Shown here: one piece after another, positions 8,489 to 18,164 of the stretch
Layout of the letters: the number at the start of each line of letters is the position of its first letter
Position numbering within the stretch: the stretch's first letter is position 1
NCBI GenBank assembly: GCA_043747615.1
Contig: JAYTOU010000048.1
Span: forward strand, 1 to 48,304
Direction of reading: 5' to 3'
Length of the DNA stretch: 48,304 nucleotides
Source: Myxococcales bacterium
GTDB lineage: Bacteria; Myxococcota_A; Polyangia; Polyangiales; Polyangiaceae
The notes under the pieces: generated by a model
Seen by the model: the letters and a program-made list of their open reading frames with translations, nothing else
Database searches by the model: none
What the model was told of the DNA's origin: nothing
Made by a program: the position numbers and the translations under genes

Positions 8489-10090
8489 ATGTCCGCATCT
8501 ACAGCGTCCCATCAGCGGGACGCGCATTCGCCTGCTTCCAACTCCGTGCTCCAGCCTGGGCAGACTCTCCGCACGCTTCTCGACGAGCTCAGAAAAAATC
8601 GTCAGAACCTACGGCTCGACGATGCCATCGCGATCGTCGTTCCGCTTTGCCTCGATCTAAAGGCGCGGCATGACCAGCGCGAACGGGTCTACGTTCATCC
8701 GTCGTGCGTCGTCGGCGGTCCAAACGGGCTCGCTCGCATCGATTCAGCGCGGGCGCTCGTCCCCACTAATCCGCTGGACCGCGCGTGCACGGCGCCCGAG
8801 CTTCAGCAAAGCCTCGAGCCCGGAAACGCGCGGGCGAGTGTGTTCTCGATCGGAGCTCTACTTTACGAAGCCGTCACCGGAGCGCACGTCGGCCCGGGAA
8901 TGCGCCGCCCTCGGGACATCGATCCAAACCTCCCCGATGCCCTCGAGACCTTGATCGCCAAAGCCCTCGTGGCGAACCCGGGGCATCGTCCCGATGATCT
9001 CGGCGCGCTCGCCAGCGCCATGCACACGCTCGCTCCGAAGAAGAGCATGGTCCCGCCTTCCGCCGACGTCTCACGCCTCGACGGCACGGCTGACTTCGAA
9101 GTGGACATCCGCCTCTCGATGCTGCCGACCGAGGAGATGGCACCGACGGCGCAGATTCCCCGCTCGCCTGCTGCACCTCGCATCACGCACAACGGCGGCG
9201 ATCCGTTCGGTGGCGTGATCGAAGTGCCCACCGGTCCGCGGCAGCGGCTCAGCGACCCCACGGCTACGCTCTCCGCGCTCAAGGCGCGCCTCGAGAGCGA
9301 TCCCAGGCCGCGTTACGTCGTCAACAAGGACCACATGGATCACGGTCCATTCTCGGCCGTCGAGCTGCTCCAGCAGATGGCGAGCAATCAGTTCGTGGGG
9401 ACGGACGGGCTCCGCGACGAGCTCAGCGGACAGCAGCGCCCCATCGGCGAGTGGGAGGAGTTTGCGCCCTTTGCCGTGCAGACCGCGCTCAAGCGAGACA
9501 GCCTCGCCGAGAAGAAAGCGGTCGCCCAAGTCGAGAGAAAAGAGAAGAGCGCGGGGATCGCGAAATCGCTCATCGGCCTCATCGTGATCGCGGCTCTCGG
9601 CGCCGGCGCCGCGCTCTGGTTCTTCCAGTTTCGCGGATCACGAAACGACGATCGCGACGTGGCCGACGATCCGAACGCCTCCGACATCGACATTCAAGGA
9701 GGCGTTAAGGGCCAGGGGCGAGGCGGCGGAAAAGGTGGTCGCGGACGCGGAGCGGGCGGCGGCGGCGGCGGATTCCCTGCGGGAATGAGTTACGAGGCGG
9801 CTATCGGCGCCAATGTCCAAACCGTGGAGATGGGTGCGAAGACCGGTCCTGATCTCACCGACGGTCAGCTGAGCGCGCCGATGAAGAACGCGTCCTTCAT
9901 CGATGGGTGCGGCGCGCCAAGCAGCATGCACGTCATGGTGAAGGTGGCAATCAAGAACGGCCGCGCCGTCGGTGTCAGCGTCTACCCGACTCCGCCCGAT
10001 CCGCGCGTTGCATCGTGCGTCGCAAGCGCCGTCCGCAACATTTCTTGGCCGTCCAATTCCAAAATGGACAGCTTCACCACGACGTACTGA
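8489..10090 (+). CDS. Pseudokinase (C-lobe only)-GYF_2-TM-AgmX/PglI(TonB-C-like) membrane protein
   Basis: Kinase C-lobe remnants (APE, ARASVFSIGALLYEAVTG, LIAKAL..NPGHRP) without N-lobe, HRD or DFG; GYF-like YVVNKDHMDHGPFSAVEL; TM IGLIVIAALGAGAALWFF; Gly-rich linker; C-terminal domain with a Cys pair (IDGC...VASCVASAVRNISWP). Confidence 0.7.
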   Translation: MSASTASHQRDAHSPASNSVLQPGQTLRTLLDELRKNRQNLRLDDAIAIVVPLCLDLKARHDQRERVYVHPSCVVGGPNGLARIDSARALVPTNPLDRACTAPELQQSLEPGNARASVFSIGALLYEAVTGAHVGPGMRRPRDIDPNLPDALETLIAKALVANPGHRPDDLGALASAMHTLAPKKSMVPPSADVSRLDGTADFEVDIRLSMLPTEEMAPTAQIPRSPAAPRITHNGGDPFGGVIEVPTGPRQRLSDPTATLSALKARLESDPRPRYVVNKDHMDHGPFSAVELLQQMASNQFVGTDGLRDELSGQQRPIGEWEEFAPFAVQTALKRDSLAEKKAVAQVERKEKSAGIAKSLIGLIVIAALGAGAALWFFQFRGSRNDDRDVADDPNASDIDIQGGVKGQGRGGGKGGRGRGAGGGGGGFPAGMSYEAAIGANVQTVEMGAKTGPDLTDGQLSAPMKNASFIDGCGAPSSMHVMVKVAIKNGRAVGVSVYPTPPDPRVASCVASAVRNISWPSNSKMDSFTTTY

Positions 10091-10121
10091 TAGTCTGCGC
10101 AGCGACTGAGCACGGTGAGGG

Positions 10122-11570
10122 TCAGGTTCGGGCGAAAAGCTTCGCGTAGTGATCGGCGATGGTTTCCCCGCCGAGCTGCGTGAAGAACGCGGAGTAGGCC
10201 ATCCAGATCGCGAGGCCGTTGAGATCGCGAAACATCGACGGCAAGTAACGCGGCGGCTTCACCACGCCGTCGCTCACGCGCCTCGCGAGGACAGGCACGT
10301 CTTCGTGGGCCACCTTGCCGACGAAGAGGTACGGGATCAGGTGAGCGTGGTTGTGCTGAATCGCGCTGCGAATGAAGGCGTAGTTGAGCACGATGCCCTT
10401 GCAATAACAGGCGTCCTTCGTGAACGGCGCGCCCCCTTCGACCACGCCGCCGCGGAAGATGCGGCGTGTGTTGTGGAAGCACTCTTCTTCCTCGTAGCCC
10501 TCGGTGCGGAACCACTCGAAGACCTCGATAAAGCTCGCGCCGTCTTCTGCTTTGTCGACCGCGAGGACGCGATCGTTGAGGCGACGCGCGCGGCGTGGAT
10601 AGGCGCGGAAGGTGAAAATTTCGAGCAGGGCGGCGAGCCCCTCTTGCACCGCCGTAGTGCGCGGCGGCCCCTTGGCGAGCCAACGAGCGACGGTCTGCTG
10701 CTGACCATTCAAAGAGGTTGCAACATGCACCCATCCCTCGTGCACCTCGAGGATGTCGATGTCTCGCGGGGAGAACTTCGCCCCCGTACGCACCTTTACG
10801 TAGTCGTTGCCCGCGGCGGCGTCGGCGAGGATCGAATCGTCGGCGTGCACGCGGACCGTGGTATCCGAAAAATAGCGCGCGAAACGTTCGTTCAGCTCCG
10901 TGGCGCACTCCGTCGACGTGAGGGTGCGCTCCTGCGCAGTGCCGAGCGCGGCTTCGTCTGCGGTGGTGAGGATGCTGTAAAGCACGTGCCCGAGATCCCG
11001 CACCGTGGATTTTCCGTCGGGAAATTTGTCCTTCGGCGAGCCATATAATTTGCGTGAATAGGCGTAGAAAAGTGGGGTCCCGCGGGCGGCGAGCATGCGC
11101 ACCACGTCTCGGTACTCGAGCGCCGTCTTGGTCATGATGGCGCCGATGGCGTCGGTTTCGCCGAGCTCGCTGTCGATGTCGCGCGCGATGGTTTCGAACT
11201 CTTCGGCCTTTGCCCGTGGGTCGAATCCGAGGTCGACGCCGTTGTAGTACGCCTCATCGATCTTCGGGAGCTCGCGACCTCTGCACTTCAAAAAGTTCTC
11301 TTCGATGCTGTTGTCCCAGCGAATTGCCTGCAGGACGCGAATCTCCCGCTGCGCCTCCACGATGCGCGTCGCGAGCTGGGCGACGATCTCTTTGTAGCTT
11401 CGCCACGGGCCCGCGGCGGGCATCGGCGGAATGGACGGAGTGCGATCGATCGGCGCGGACAAAAGTGATTTCCCTGCCACCTCGAGGGTGCGCTTTGCTT
11501 CTTTGTTTACGTCTCTGACGCTTTTTCCACGCTCGTCTTCCGCGGCGGCGGGGGGCACTCGTTCGGCCAT
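10122..11570 (-). CDS. QEGLA-motif protein (DUF1704 / MATCAP-like metallopeptidase family)
   Basis: EVHEGWVH (HExxxH), TAVQEGLA, RIFRGG, PFTKDACY. Confidence 0.88.
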   Translation of the reverse strand: MAERVPPAAAEDERGKSVRDVNKEAKRTLEVAGKSLLSAPIDRTPSIPPMPAAGPWRSYKEIVAQLATRIVEAQREIRVLQAIRWDNSIEENFLKCRGRELPKIDEAYYNGVDLGFDPRAKAEEFETIARDIDSELGETDAIGAIMTKTALEYRDVVRMLAARGTPLFYAYSRKLYGSPKDKFPDGKSTVRDLGHVLYSILTTADEAALGTAQERTLTSTECATELNERFARYFSDTTVRVHADDSILADAAAGNDYVKVRTGAKFSPRDIDILEVHEGWVHVATSLNGQQQTVARWLAKGPPRTTAVQEGLAALLEIFTFRAYPRRARRLNDRVLAVDKAEDGASFIEVFEWFRTEGYEEEECFHNTRRIFRGGVVEGGAPFTKDACYCKGIVLNYAFIRSAIQHNHAHLIPYLFVGKVAHEDVPVLARRVSDGVVKPPRYLPSMFRDLNGLAIWMAYSAFFTQLGGETIADHYAKLFART

Positions 11571-11620
11571 CTACCCCTGTTTTCCCGCTTTTTTCAGCGG
11601 ATCGCCAGCTTATTAGCTCT

Positions 11621-12706
11621 TCACACGCTCGCGATCACTTTTTCGAGCACATCGACGTCGCGAATACCCTCGGCCTCCGCCCGGTAGCTGAGAACCAGGC
11701 GATGACGCAGAACGGGCATCACCACTGCTCGGATGTCGTCTACGTCTGCCGCAGGCTCACCGAGCAACGCGGCCCGCGCCTTGGCGGCGAGGACGAGGGC
11801 CTGCGAGCCGCGCGGTCCGGCACCGAAGCGCACGAAGTCGACCGCCTCCTTTGGAGCATTCGGCCCCTTCGGACGCGTCGCCCGGCCGAGCTTCACGGCG
11901 AGGTCGATGGCCGCATCGGTCACCGGAATGCGCGGGATGAGCGCCTGGAGCGCACGCACTTCCTCGGCCAGAAGGACCCGCGGCACGGTCCCTACCTCGG
12001 CGCTCGTAGTCCTGCGCGCGATCTCCCGCTCTTCTTTTTCGGACGGGTATTCGATGTGGATCTCGAGGAGAAAACGATCGAGCTGCGCCTCGGGAAGCGG
12101 GTACGTGCCCTCTTGCTCGATGGGATTTCGGGTGGCGAAGACCTGGAAAGGATCGGGCAGCGAGTGCGTCGCCGTGCCCACGGTGACTCGCCGTTCCTGC
12201 ATTGCCTGAAGCAGCGCGGCCTGCGTCTTCGGAGGCGTGCGGTTGATTTCGTCGGCGAGGACGAGGTGATGAAAAATCGGGCCAGGAAGAAAGCGAAGAC
12301 GCCGGCGAAGATTGCCGTTCGCGTCTTCTTCTTCTTGGAGGACGTCGGTGCCGGTGATGTCGGCCGGGAGCAGATCGGGTGTAAACTGCACGCGTCCGAA
12401 GCTGAGGTCGAGAGCCTCGGCGAGCGACGCAACGAGAAGCGTCTTGGCGAGACCCGGCACGCCCACGATGAGCGCGTGCCCGCGGGCGAGGAGCGCGACG
12501 AGCATCAGATCGATCACGTCTGTTTGCCCGACGACCCTGGCGCCAATGGCGTCTTTCAGCGTCTTGCTCGCATGTGCGGCTTTTTCGAGGAGCTCGACGT
12601 CACCGCCCGTCCCGTTCGATTTGCTCGTGCTTCCCGCGCTGTTCGTTGCGTCGACGCTCACGGCCGTCACGCTAGCATTTGCTTGAAGGTCGGGGGGCGT
12701 GTACAT
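11621..12706 (-). CDS. MoxR-family AAA+ ATPase
   Basis: GVPGLAKT, RVQFTPDLLPADITG, LADEINRTPPKTQAALL, NPIEQEGTYPLPEAQLDRF; true start may be slightly downstream. Confidence 0.92.
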   Translation of the reverse strand: MYTPPDLQANASVTAVSVDATNSAGSTSKSNGTGGDVELLEKAAHASKTLKDAIGARVVGQTDVIDLMLVALLARGHALIVGVPGLAKTLLVASLAEALDLSFGRVQFTPDLLPADITGTDVLQEEEDANGNLRRRLRFLPGPIFHHLVLADEINRTPPKTQAALLQAMQERRVTVGTATHSLPDPFQVFATRNPIEQEGTYPLPEAQLDRFLLEIHIEYPSEKEEREIARRTTSAEVGTVPRVLLAEEVRALQALIPRIPVTDAAIDLAVKLGRATRPKGPNAPKEAVDFVRFGAGPRGSQALVLAAKARAALLGEPAADVDDIRAVVMPVLRHRLVLSYRAEAEGIRDVDVLEKVIASV

Positions 12707-12929
12707 CGGCCTCGTGCTCGGGTTCTTGCGCGCTGCCTCGTTGGACGTGCCCGGTCAGGGGCAAGCCGAGACCGTGAGCCGCCCCGATCCCGGTCTGGCC
12801 AGGGGCGTATGGGAAGGCCCTCGCTGGCTCTTTTTCGGGCTCGCCGCGATCGCGGTTGCGGTGACCGCAGCGTACTTCCTTCGCCGTGCTGGGCTCCTAC
12901 GGTCGCGTCGCGGCGGTCGGGTCAAGTGA
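12699..12929 (+). CDS. Small single-pass membrane protein (hypothetical)
   Basis: PDPGLARGVWEGPRW then a hydrophobic helix and basic tail; stop overlaps the next start (GTGA); start uncertain. Confidence 0.5.
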   Translation: MYIGLVLGFLRAASLDVPGQGQAETVSRPDPGLARGVWEGPRWLFFGLAAIAVAVTAAYFLRRAGLLRSRRGGRVK

Positions 12930-13906
12930 GCACCCCTACACGCATTCCGCTCCGCAAAGTTCTCGGAGCGATGCTCCTCGGGGTGCTCGTTTACGGCTTT
13001 TTCGCCGTGTATCGCGGGCTCGGTGCCATCGGCGAGGGGCTGTCGCACTTCACGTGGAGCTCCTTCGCCTTGGCTTGCGGCCTCGCCTTCAGCAACTACG
13101 TGCTGCGCTACTTCAAGTGGGAGTTCTATCTCTCGCGCCTCGAGATCCGGGGCATCTCCAAGCTCGACAGCTTTCTCACGTTCCTCTCCGGATTCGTCCT
13201 CACGGTGACTCCGGGCAAGGTGGGTGAGGTCTTCAAATCGCTCGTACTCTTCGAGACGCACAACGTACCCATTGCCCGAACGGCGCCCATCGTGGTGGCA
13301 GAGCGGGTGACCGACCTCATCGGAATCATCGTCCTCATCGTGATCGGCAGCCTCGGCTTCAAAGGCGGGCTGCTCTGGGCGGGCATCGGCTCGGCAGCAG
13401 TGGGCACGCTTCTCATCGTCATCGCATCGCGCGCTCTGTCATTCGCCATCATCCGGATGATCGAGCGCCTCCCCGGGCGAATCGGCAAGCTCGGACCTAA
13501 GTTACACGACGCCTACGAGAGCCTCGCCACCCTGGTCAGCCCAAAAAATTTGGCCCTTCCGACGCTACTGTCGATCGTGGCGTGGTCTTTCGAGTGCCTC
13601 TCGCTCTGGGTGATTTTACAGGGCTTCGGGGAGTCGACGAGCGTGTCACTTTGCATGTTCTTTTACGCGACGAGCACTTTGGCCGGCGCGCTCGTGCCCG
13701 TGCCTGGCGGTCTAGGAATCACCGAGAGCGCGCTTCAGGGGCAGATGACGGAGATCGGTCACGTGAGCGCGGGCACGAGCACCGCGGCGATGATCCTGGT
13801 TCGCTTCGCCACCTTGTGGTTCGCGGTGCTCGTTGGCTTCATCGCGCTTACGCTGCTCAAGCGCCGGCATCCCGGGCTCTTGGCCGACGCAGAGCCAAAG
13901 ACCTGA
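12926..13906 (+). CDS. Lysylphosphatidylglycerol-synthase TM / UPF0104 flippase-like membrane protein
   Basis: NYVLRYFKWEFYL, TPGKVGE, ERVTD, PGGLGITE, RFATLW motifs; multiple TM helices. Confidence 0.85.
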   Translation: MSTPTRIPLRKVLGAMLLGVLVYGFFAVYRGLGAIGEGLSHFTWSSFALACGLAFSNYVLRYFKWEFYLSRLEIRGISKLDSFLTFLSGFVLTVTPGKVGEVFKSLVLFETHNVPIARTAPIVVAERVTDLIGIIVLIVIGSLGFKGGLLWAGIGSAAVGTLLIVIASRALSFAIIRMIERLPGRIGKLGPKLHDAYESLATLVSPKNLALPTLLSIVAWSFECLSLWVILQGFGESTSVSLCMFFYATSTLAGALVPVPGGLGITESALQGQMTEIGHVSAGTSTAAMILVRFATLWFAVLVGFIALTLLKRRHPGLLADAEPKT

Positions 13907-13910
13907 CGAG

Positions 13911-14927
13911 CTAGGGATTCAGCGCGGCAAGGGCTGAGAGAAAATCTGCGGGAGGGGGCGCTTCGAAAAGGAGACGCTCGCGTGTGGTGGGATGCACGAA
14001 TCCGAGGACGCGCGCGTGGAGCGCCTGGTGTCCGAGCTCTCCCGCGACGCGGCGAAGAAAGGGATCCTTCGGAGGCTTGCCGTACACCGGATCGCCGATG
14101 ATCGCGTGCCCTGACTCCGCGAGGTGAACGCGTATCTGGTGCGTGCGCCCGGTCTCCAGGCGGCAGGCCACGTATGTCGCGCGTCCGGCGAAGCTCTCGA
14201 TGACGGTCACCTTGGTGATCGCGCGCTTGCCAGTTTTCACTTTCGAGGTGAAGCGAAGGCGCTCGGTCGGGTGCCGCCCGTGGAGCGTGTCGTACGTTTG
14301 AGGCTTTACGTCCCCTGCGCAAATCGCCACGTATTCTCGGTCGATGGTGTGATCTTGAAACTGCGCCTTCAGCTTCTCGCGAGCGTTCGCGGTCCGCGCC
14401 ACGACCATCACGCCGCTCGTTCCCTTGTCGAGACGGTGCACGATCCCCGGCCGCAAGTATCCCTGCGCGTCACGTGCGTCGCTCAGGTCTTCCGCTTTGC
14501 CGACGACGTCGAAGGCGCCAAGCGCGAGGAGCCCGTTGACGAGCGTTCCCCCTTCGTGACCGCGCGCCGGGTGAACCACGAGCCCCGCCGGCTTGTTCAC
14601 TACGATGAGCGATTTGTCTTTGTAGAGTACATCGAATTCAATCCCCGCCTCGGGCTTGGCGGTGGTCAGCGCCGCCACGTCCGGCTCCACCACGACTTGC
14701 GCCCCTTCGCGCAGCTTGTCGGCGGCTTTACGGATCGTTCCGTCAACGGTCACCCGGCCCCCTTCGATCCAACGCTGAAGCTCGGCGCGCGACGGCGCCT
14801 CTTCGAGCGTCGAGAGGGCGACCACCAGAAAACGGTCGAGCCGAATTCCCACCGCCTCACGCGGGACGAGGAGAAGAAGGGGAGCCGTCGCCCTAGTGGC
14901 TTGGCTTCCCACGTTCTCGGCAATCAC
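13911..14927 (-). CDS. rluD: RluA-family 23S rRNA pseudouridine synthase with S4 domain (RluD-like)
   Basis: RLDRFL..SRAELQRWI S4 domain, VNKPAGLVVHP, GIVHRLDKGTSG, LETGRTHQIRVHL, QALHA. Confidence 0.88.
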   Translation of the reverse strand: MIAENVGSQATRATAPLLLLVPREAVGIRLDRFLVVALSTLEEAPSRAELQRWIEGGRVTVDGTIRKAADKLREGAQVVVEPDVAALTTAKPEAGIEFDVLYKDKSLIVVNKPAGLVVHPARGHEGGTLVNGLLALGAFDVVGKAEDLSDARDAQGYLRPGIVHRLDKGTSGVMVVARTANAREKLKAQFQDHTIDREYVAICAGDVKPQTYDTLHGRHPTERLRFTSKVKTGKRAITKVTVIESFAGRATYVACRLETGRTHQIRVHLAESGHAIIGDPVYGKPPKDPFLRRVAGELGHQALHARVLGFVHPTTRERLLFEAPPPADFLSALAALNP

Positions 14928-15187
14928 CAGATCTTCGACTTGATGTGCCCCTTGGCCTTGATCAAGATGTCGACGAGGGCGCGATCGTAAAAGTTCTTTG
15001 GGTAGAGATCGGGCGAAACACGCCGTTTGAAGAGCGCGCGACCCTCTTCGATCTCTTCCGCCAGCGTCTGGAACAGGTTGTCGTTCGTGATGCCGTTCAC
15101 GATCTTGTCTTCGTTGTAGAGAGAAAGATCGCTAGCGATCGCGCGCGCCAAGCGACGGGCGGCTTCCTCGGTCTCAATGAGCGCCAT
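14924..15187 (-). CDS. Small conserved-looking hypothetical protein (87 aa)
   Basis: MALIETEEAARRLARAIASDLSLYN...EEIEEGRALFKRRV; stop overlaps the rluD start (GTGA). Confidence 0.75.
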   Translation of the reverse strand: MALIETEEAARRLARAIASDLSLYNEDKIVNGITNDNLFQTLAEEIEEGRALFKRRVSPDLYPKNFYDRALVDILIKAKGHIKSKIW

Positions 15188-15233
15188 GGTGCAAGTATCG
15201 CGGGCATCGGGCGGTGTTGTCAAAAAGCATCGC

Positions 15234-16178
15234 TCAGACCCGAAAGGAGAGCGCGCCCTTCGCAACGGTAGCCCGGAGAGGCAGCTTTCCGGCCTGCTCC
15301 CCGTCGATATCGATGAGAACGCTCGCCCATGGATGCACGAGCTCCGCCTCGATCACCTTGCCGGACGTTGAGCGCACCCCGGCCGCATCGAGGTGCACTC
15401 CGCGGTAAATCTTCGAGGCAAGACCGAGCACCTCCGCTCGCGTGAGATCGCACATCGCGACCACCTCGAGCCGCCCGTCCGACGGATCCGCGTGGGGCGC
15501 GATCATCATTCCACCGCCAAAAAAACGGCCATTTGCGATGGCGACGTTGTAGATGCGCCCCTCGTAGAAGGCGGCCCCGTCGACCTTGATCCGGACGCTT
15601 GCGTTCTTGTAGATGGCCATCGCCCGAACTGCGGCCATCACCAGGGAGGCCCGACCGCCCATCCACTTCGGTGACGTGCTTGCTATTGCGTCGACTTGCC
15701 CGCCAATCCCGAAGCTCGCCACGTTTATGAAGGCGCGGAAGAGCTCCTCGCCGGGCGCTCCGACAGAGCGGAGGACGCCGAGATCGACCGGGCGCGCGCT
15801 GCCATCTCGGATGCGGGCCACGGCGTCCTCCACGAGATCCGTGCCCGCGGCTTCGATCCCGAGCGTGCGCCGAAAGTCGCCTCGCGTTCCGCAGGGGATC
15901 AGCGCGAGCTCGGGGCCTCGTACGGGAACGCCGGCCTGTCCGACGTACGCCTGCACGACTTCGTTGAGGGTGCCATCTCCACCGGCGACCGCGATGATTT
16001 CCACGCCGTCTGCGGCCGCCGCACGGGCCAGCTCCGTGGCGTGTCCCCGGGCGCGGGTGAGGACAATCTCGTGCGCAAGACCGTGACGAACGAGCGCCTC
16101 GCCAATGGCGCTCACAGTGCGCAACGCCCCCCCTCCCCCCGCATTCGGATTGAGAATGACACGCACGCGTCTCGTCAT
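15234..16178 (-). CDS. Diacylglycerol/sphingosine kinase-family lipid kinase (YegS/BmrU-like)
   Basis: ILNPNAG, GGDGTLNEV, IPCGT, FINVASFG, NGRFFGGG, IDGE. Confidence 0.9.
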   Translation of the reverse strand: MTRRVRVILNPNAGGGGALRTVSAIGEALVRHGLAHEIVLTRARGHATELARAAAADGVEIIAVAGGDGTLNEVVQAYVGQAGVPVRGPELALIPCGTRGDFRRTLGIEAAGTDLVEDAVARIRDGSARPVDLGVLRSVGAPGEELFRAFINVASFGIGGQVDAIASTSPKWMGGRASLVMAAVRAMAIYKNASVRIKVDGAAFYEGRIYNVAIANGRFFGGGMMIAPHADPSDGRLEVVAMCDLTRAEVLGLASKIYRGVHLDAAGVRSTSGKVIEAELVHPWASVLIDIDGEQAGKLPLRATVAKGALSFRV

Positions 16179-16283
16179 TGCCCGTGCACCTTACCCCCGT
16201 GCGCTTGCGCTTTGTAAAAGTGCGCGAGCCCCAGACCATGTGTTTATTCGGGCGCTCCCCTCTGCTACTCCGTAGTCGGCCCC

Positions 16284-18122
16284 ATGTCCGACACGAGAAC
16301 GATCGCCCAAGCCATCGAGGACGCCGCAAAAGGTGACCCCACGCGCGGCTTTCGCTTCGTTCCTGAGACCGGCGTTCCGGGCATGGGTGGTGCTGCCGAG
16401 ACGAGCGAAGCTTCGTTCTCGTACACGGCGATCGAGCGGGCGAGCGCGCGTTACGGCGGTGCGCTTCAAGCCTTGGGGTTGCGAAAAGGTGATCGCGTCG
16501 CCCTCATCCTCCCCGCCAACGAAGACTTCGTGCTGTGTTTCTTCGGGGCCATTCGCGCGGGCATCATTCCCGTTCCCATCTACCCGCCGCTCGGCATCGG
16601 GCACTTTCAGTCCTACCTCGACAACACGCGGCACATCGTCGCCAAGAGCGGCGCGCGCGCTCTCGTCACCTCCGCGAAGATCAAGCGGCTGCTCGGCACC
16701 GTACAGGCGGCATGTCCCGCGCTCGAACAAGTGGTCGCCGTCGAAGGCATCCGCGAGTCGATGGAGGCGCTGAAGCCAGAGAAGATCACCCTCGACGACG
16801 TTGCGTTCCTCCAGTTCACGAGCGGATCCACGTCGCGACCGAAGGGTGTTCCCCTCACCCACGGAAATCTCTCGGCGAACATTTCATGCATTCTTCGCGA
16901 GGGCCTCGGAGCCAGCGAAGGCGACATCGGAATTTCGTGGCTGCCGCTCTACCACGACATGGGGCTCATCGGCTTCGTGCTCACTCCGCTCTTTCGGAGA
17001 ATTCCGATCGTGCACCTTCCGCCGCTTCTCTTCTTGAAACGACCGATCTCCTGGTTTCAAGCGGTCACTCGCCACAAGGGCACCATCGCGTACGCTCCAA
17101 ACTTCGCGTACGCGCTGTGCTTGAAGCGCATTCGCGAAAAGGACCTCGAAGGCATTGACCTGTCGACCTGGCGCGTGGCGGGGTGCGGCGCCGAGCCGAT
17201 TCGTCCGGAGACGCTCGAGGCCTTCGCCGCGACGTTCGCCAGCGTGGGGTTCAAGAAAGACGCGCTCCTCCCCTCTTACGGCATGGCCGAATCCTCCCTC
17301 GCGATCTCCTTCAGCGGCCTAGGAAAAGGCGTAAAGACGCTCAGCGTGAACGGGCCTGTTCTCTGGGGATCCGGAGACGTCGAGCTCATCGCCGAAGATC
17401 ACGAGAGCGCCGTTCGCCTCGTTTCCTGTGGTCGCGAGTGCGAGCTTCACTCGGTGCGGATCTTCGAGGCCGACGACGCGATGAGCAGCCATCCCCTTCC
17501 CGAGCGCAAGGTCGGCGAGATTCGCATCGCCGGCCCGAGCGTGATGCGCGGCTACTGGGAAGATGCAGAGCGCACCAAAGAGACTTTCGCTGGCCCCTTC
17601 CTCAAGACGGGGGATCTCGGTTTTCTCTGCGAGGGCGAGCTCTACATCTGCGGCCGCTCGAAAGAGGTCGTCATCGTCAACGGCCGCAACTACTACCCCC
17701 AGGACATGGAGTGGGAGGCGTCGAAGGTTGCCGGAGTGCGAAAAGGAAATGTCGTCGCCTTCGGTGCGCGAGATCCCTCGGGCGTCGAGGCCGATCGCGA
17801 GCGCGTCGTTCTTGCCTTCGAGATGCAAGATGCCGAAGACCTTCGGCGCGCCCAGACCACCGTGCAGCTCGTCCGCAAGTCGGTGCAAGACGGCATGGGC
17901 CTCACGCTCGACGACGTCGTCGCGCTCACTCCTGGCACGCTGCCTAAGACATCGAGCGGGAAATTGCAGCGCACGAAGACGCGCGCTCTTTACGAAGCGG
18001 GCGAGCTGATTCAAGGCGCGAAGGCGAAAGAGGGCGTCCGCGTGGGGCTCGCCAAACAGACCGCGCTGTCACAGCTCAGCTACCTCAAGCTCGCCGTGCT
18101 CGGTGGCCGCAAGAAGAGCTGA
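16284..18122 (+). CDS. Fatty acyl-AMP ligase (FAAL)
   Basis: AFLQFTSGSTSRPKGV, SWLPLYHDMGLIG, APNFAY, YGMAE, KTGDLGF, GRNYYPQD, PKTSSGKLQR. Confidence 0.9.
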   Translation: MSDTRTIAQAIEDAAKGDPTRGFRFVPETGVPGMGGAAETSEASFSYTAIERASARYGGALQALGLRKGDRVALILPANEDFVLCFFGAIRAGIIPVPIYPPLGIGHFQSYLDNTRHIVAKSGARALVTSAKIKRLLGTVQAACPALEQVVAVEGIRESMEALKPEKITLDDVAFLQFTSGSTSRPKGVPLTHGNLSANISCILREGLGASEGDIGISWLPLYHDMGLIGFVLTPLFRRIPIVHLPPLLFLKRPISWFQAVTRHKGTIAYAPNFAYALCLKRIREKDLEGIDLSTWRVAGCGAEPIRPETLEAFAATFASVGFKKDALLPSYGMAESSLAISFSGLGKGVKTLSVNGPVLWGSGDVELIAEDHESAVRLVSCGRECELHSVRIFEADDAMSSHPLPERKVGEIRIAGPSVMRGYWEDAERTKETFAGPFLKTGDLGFLCEGELYICGRSKEVVIVNGRNYYPQDMEWEASKVAGVRKGNVVAFGARDPSGVEADRERVVLAFEMQDAEDLRRAQTTVQLVRKSVQDGMGLTLDDVVALTPGTLPKTSSGKLQRTKTRALYEAGELIQGAKAKEGVRVGLAKQTALSQLSYLKLAVLGGRKKS

Positions 18123-18164
18123 CCGTGTCGCGCCCCCACGCCGAATTGCGGCGATTCCCGGGGA

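Noticed and set aside
11702..12925. N-terminal ~408 aa of the 734-aa plus-strand ORF (apparent fusion to the flippase-like protein)
   Set aside because: Antisense shadow of moxR; the likely real start is GTG 12926, coupled to the small upstream ORF.
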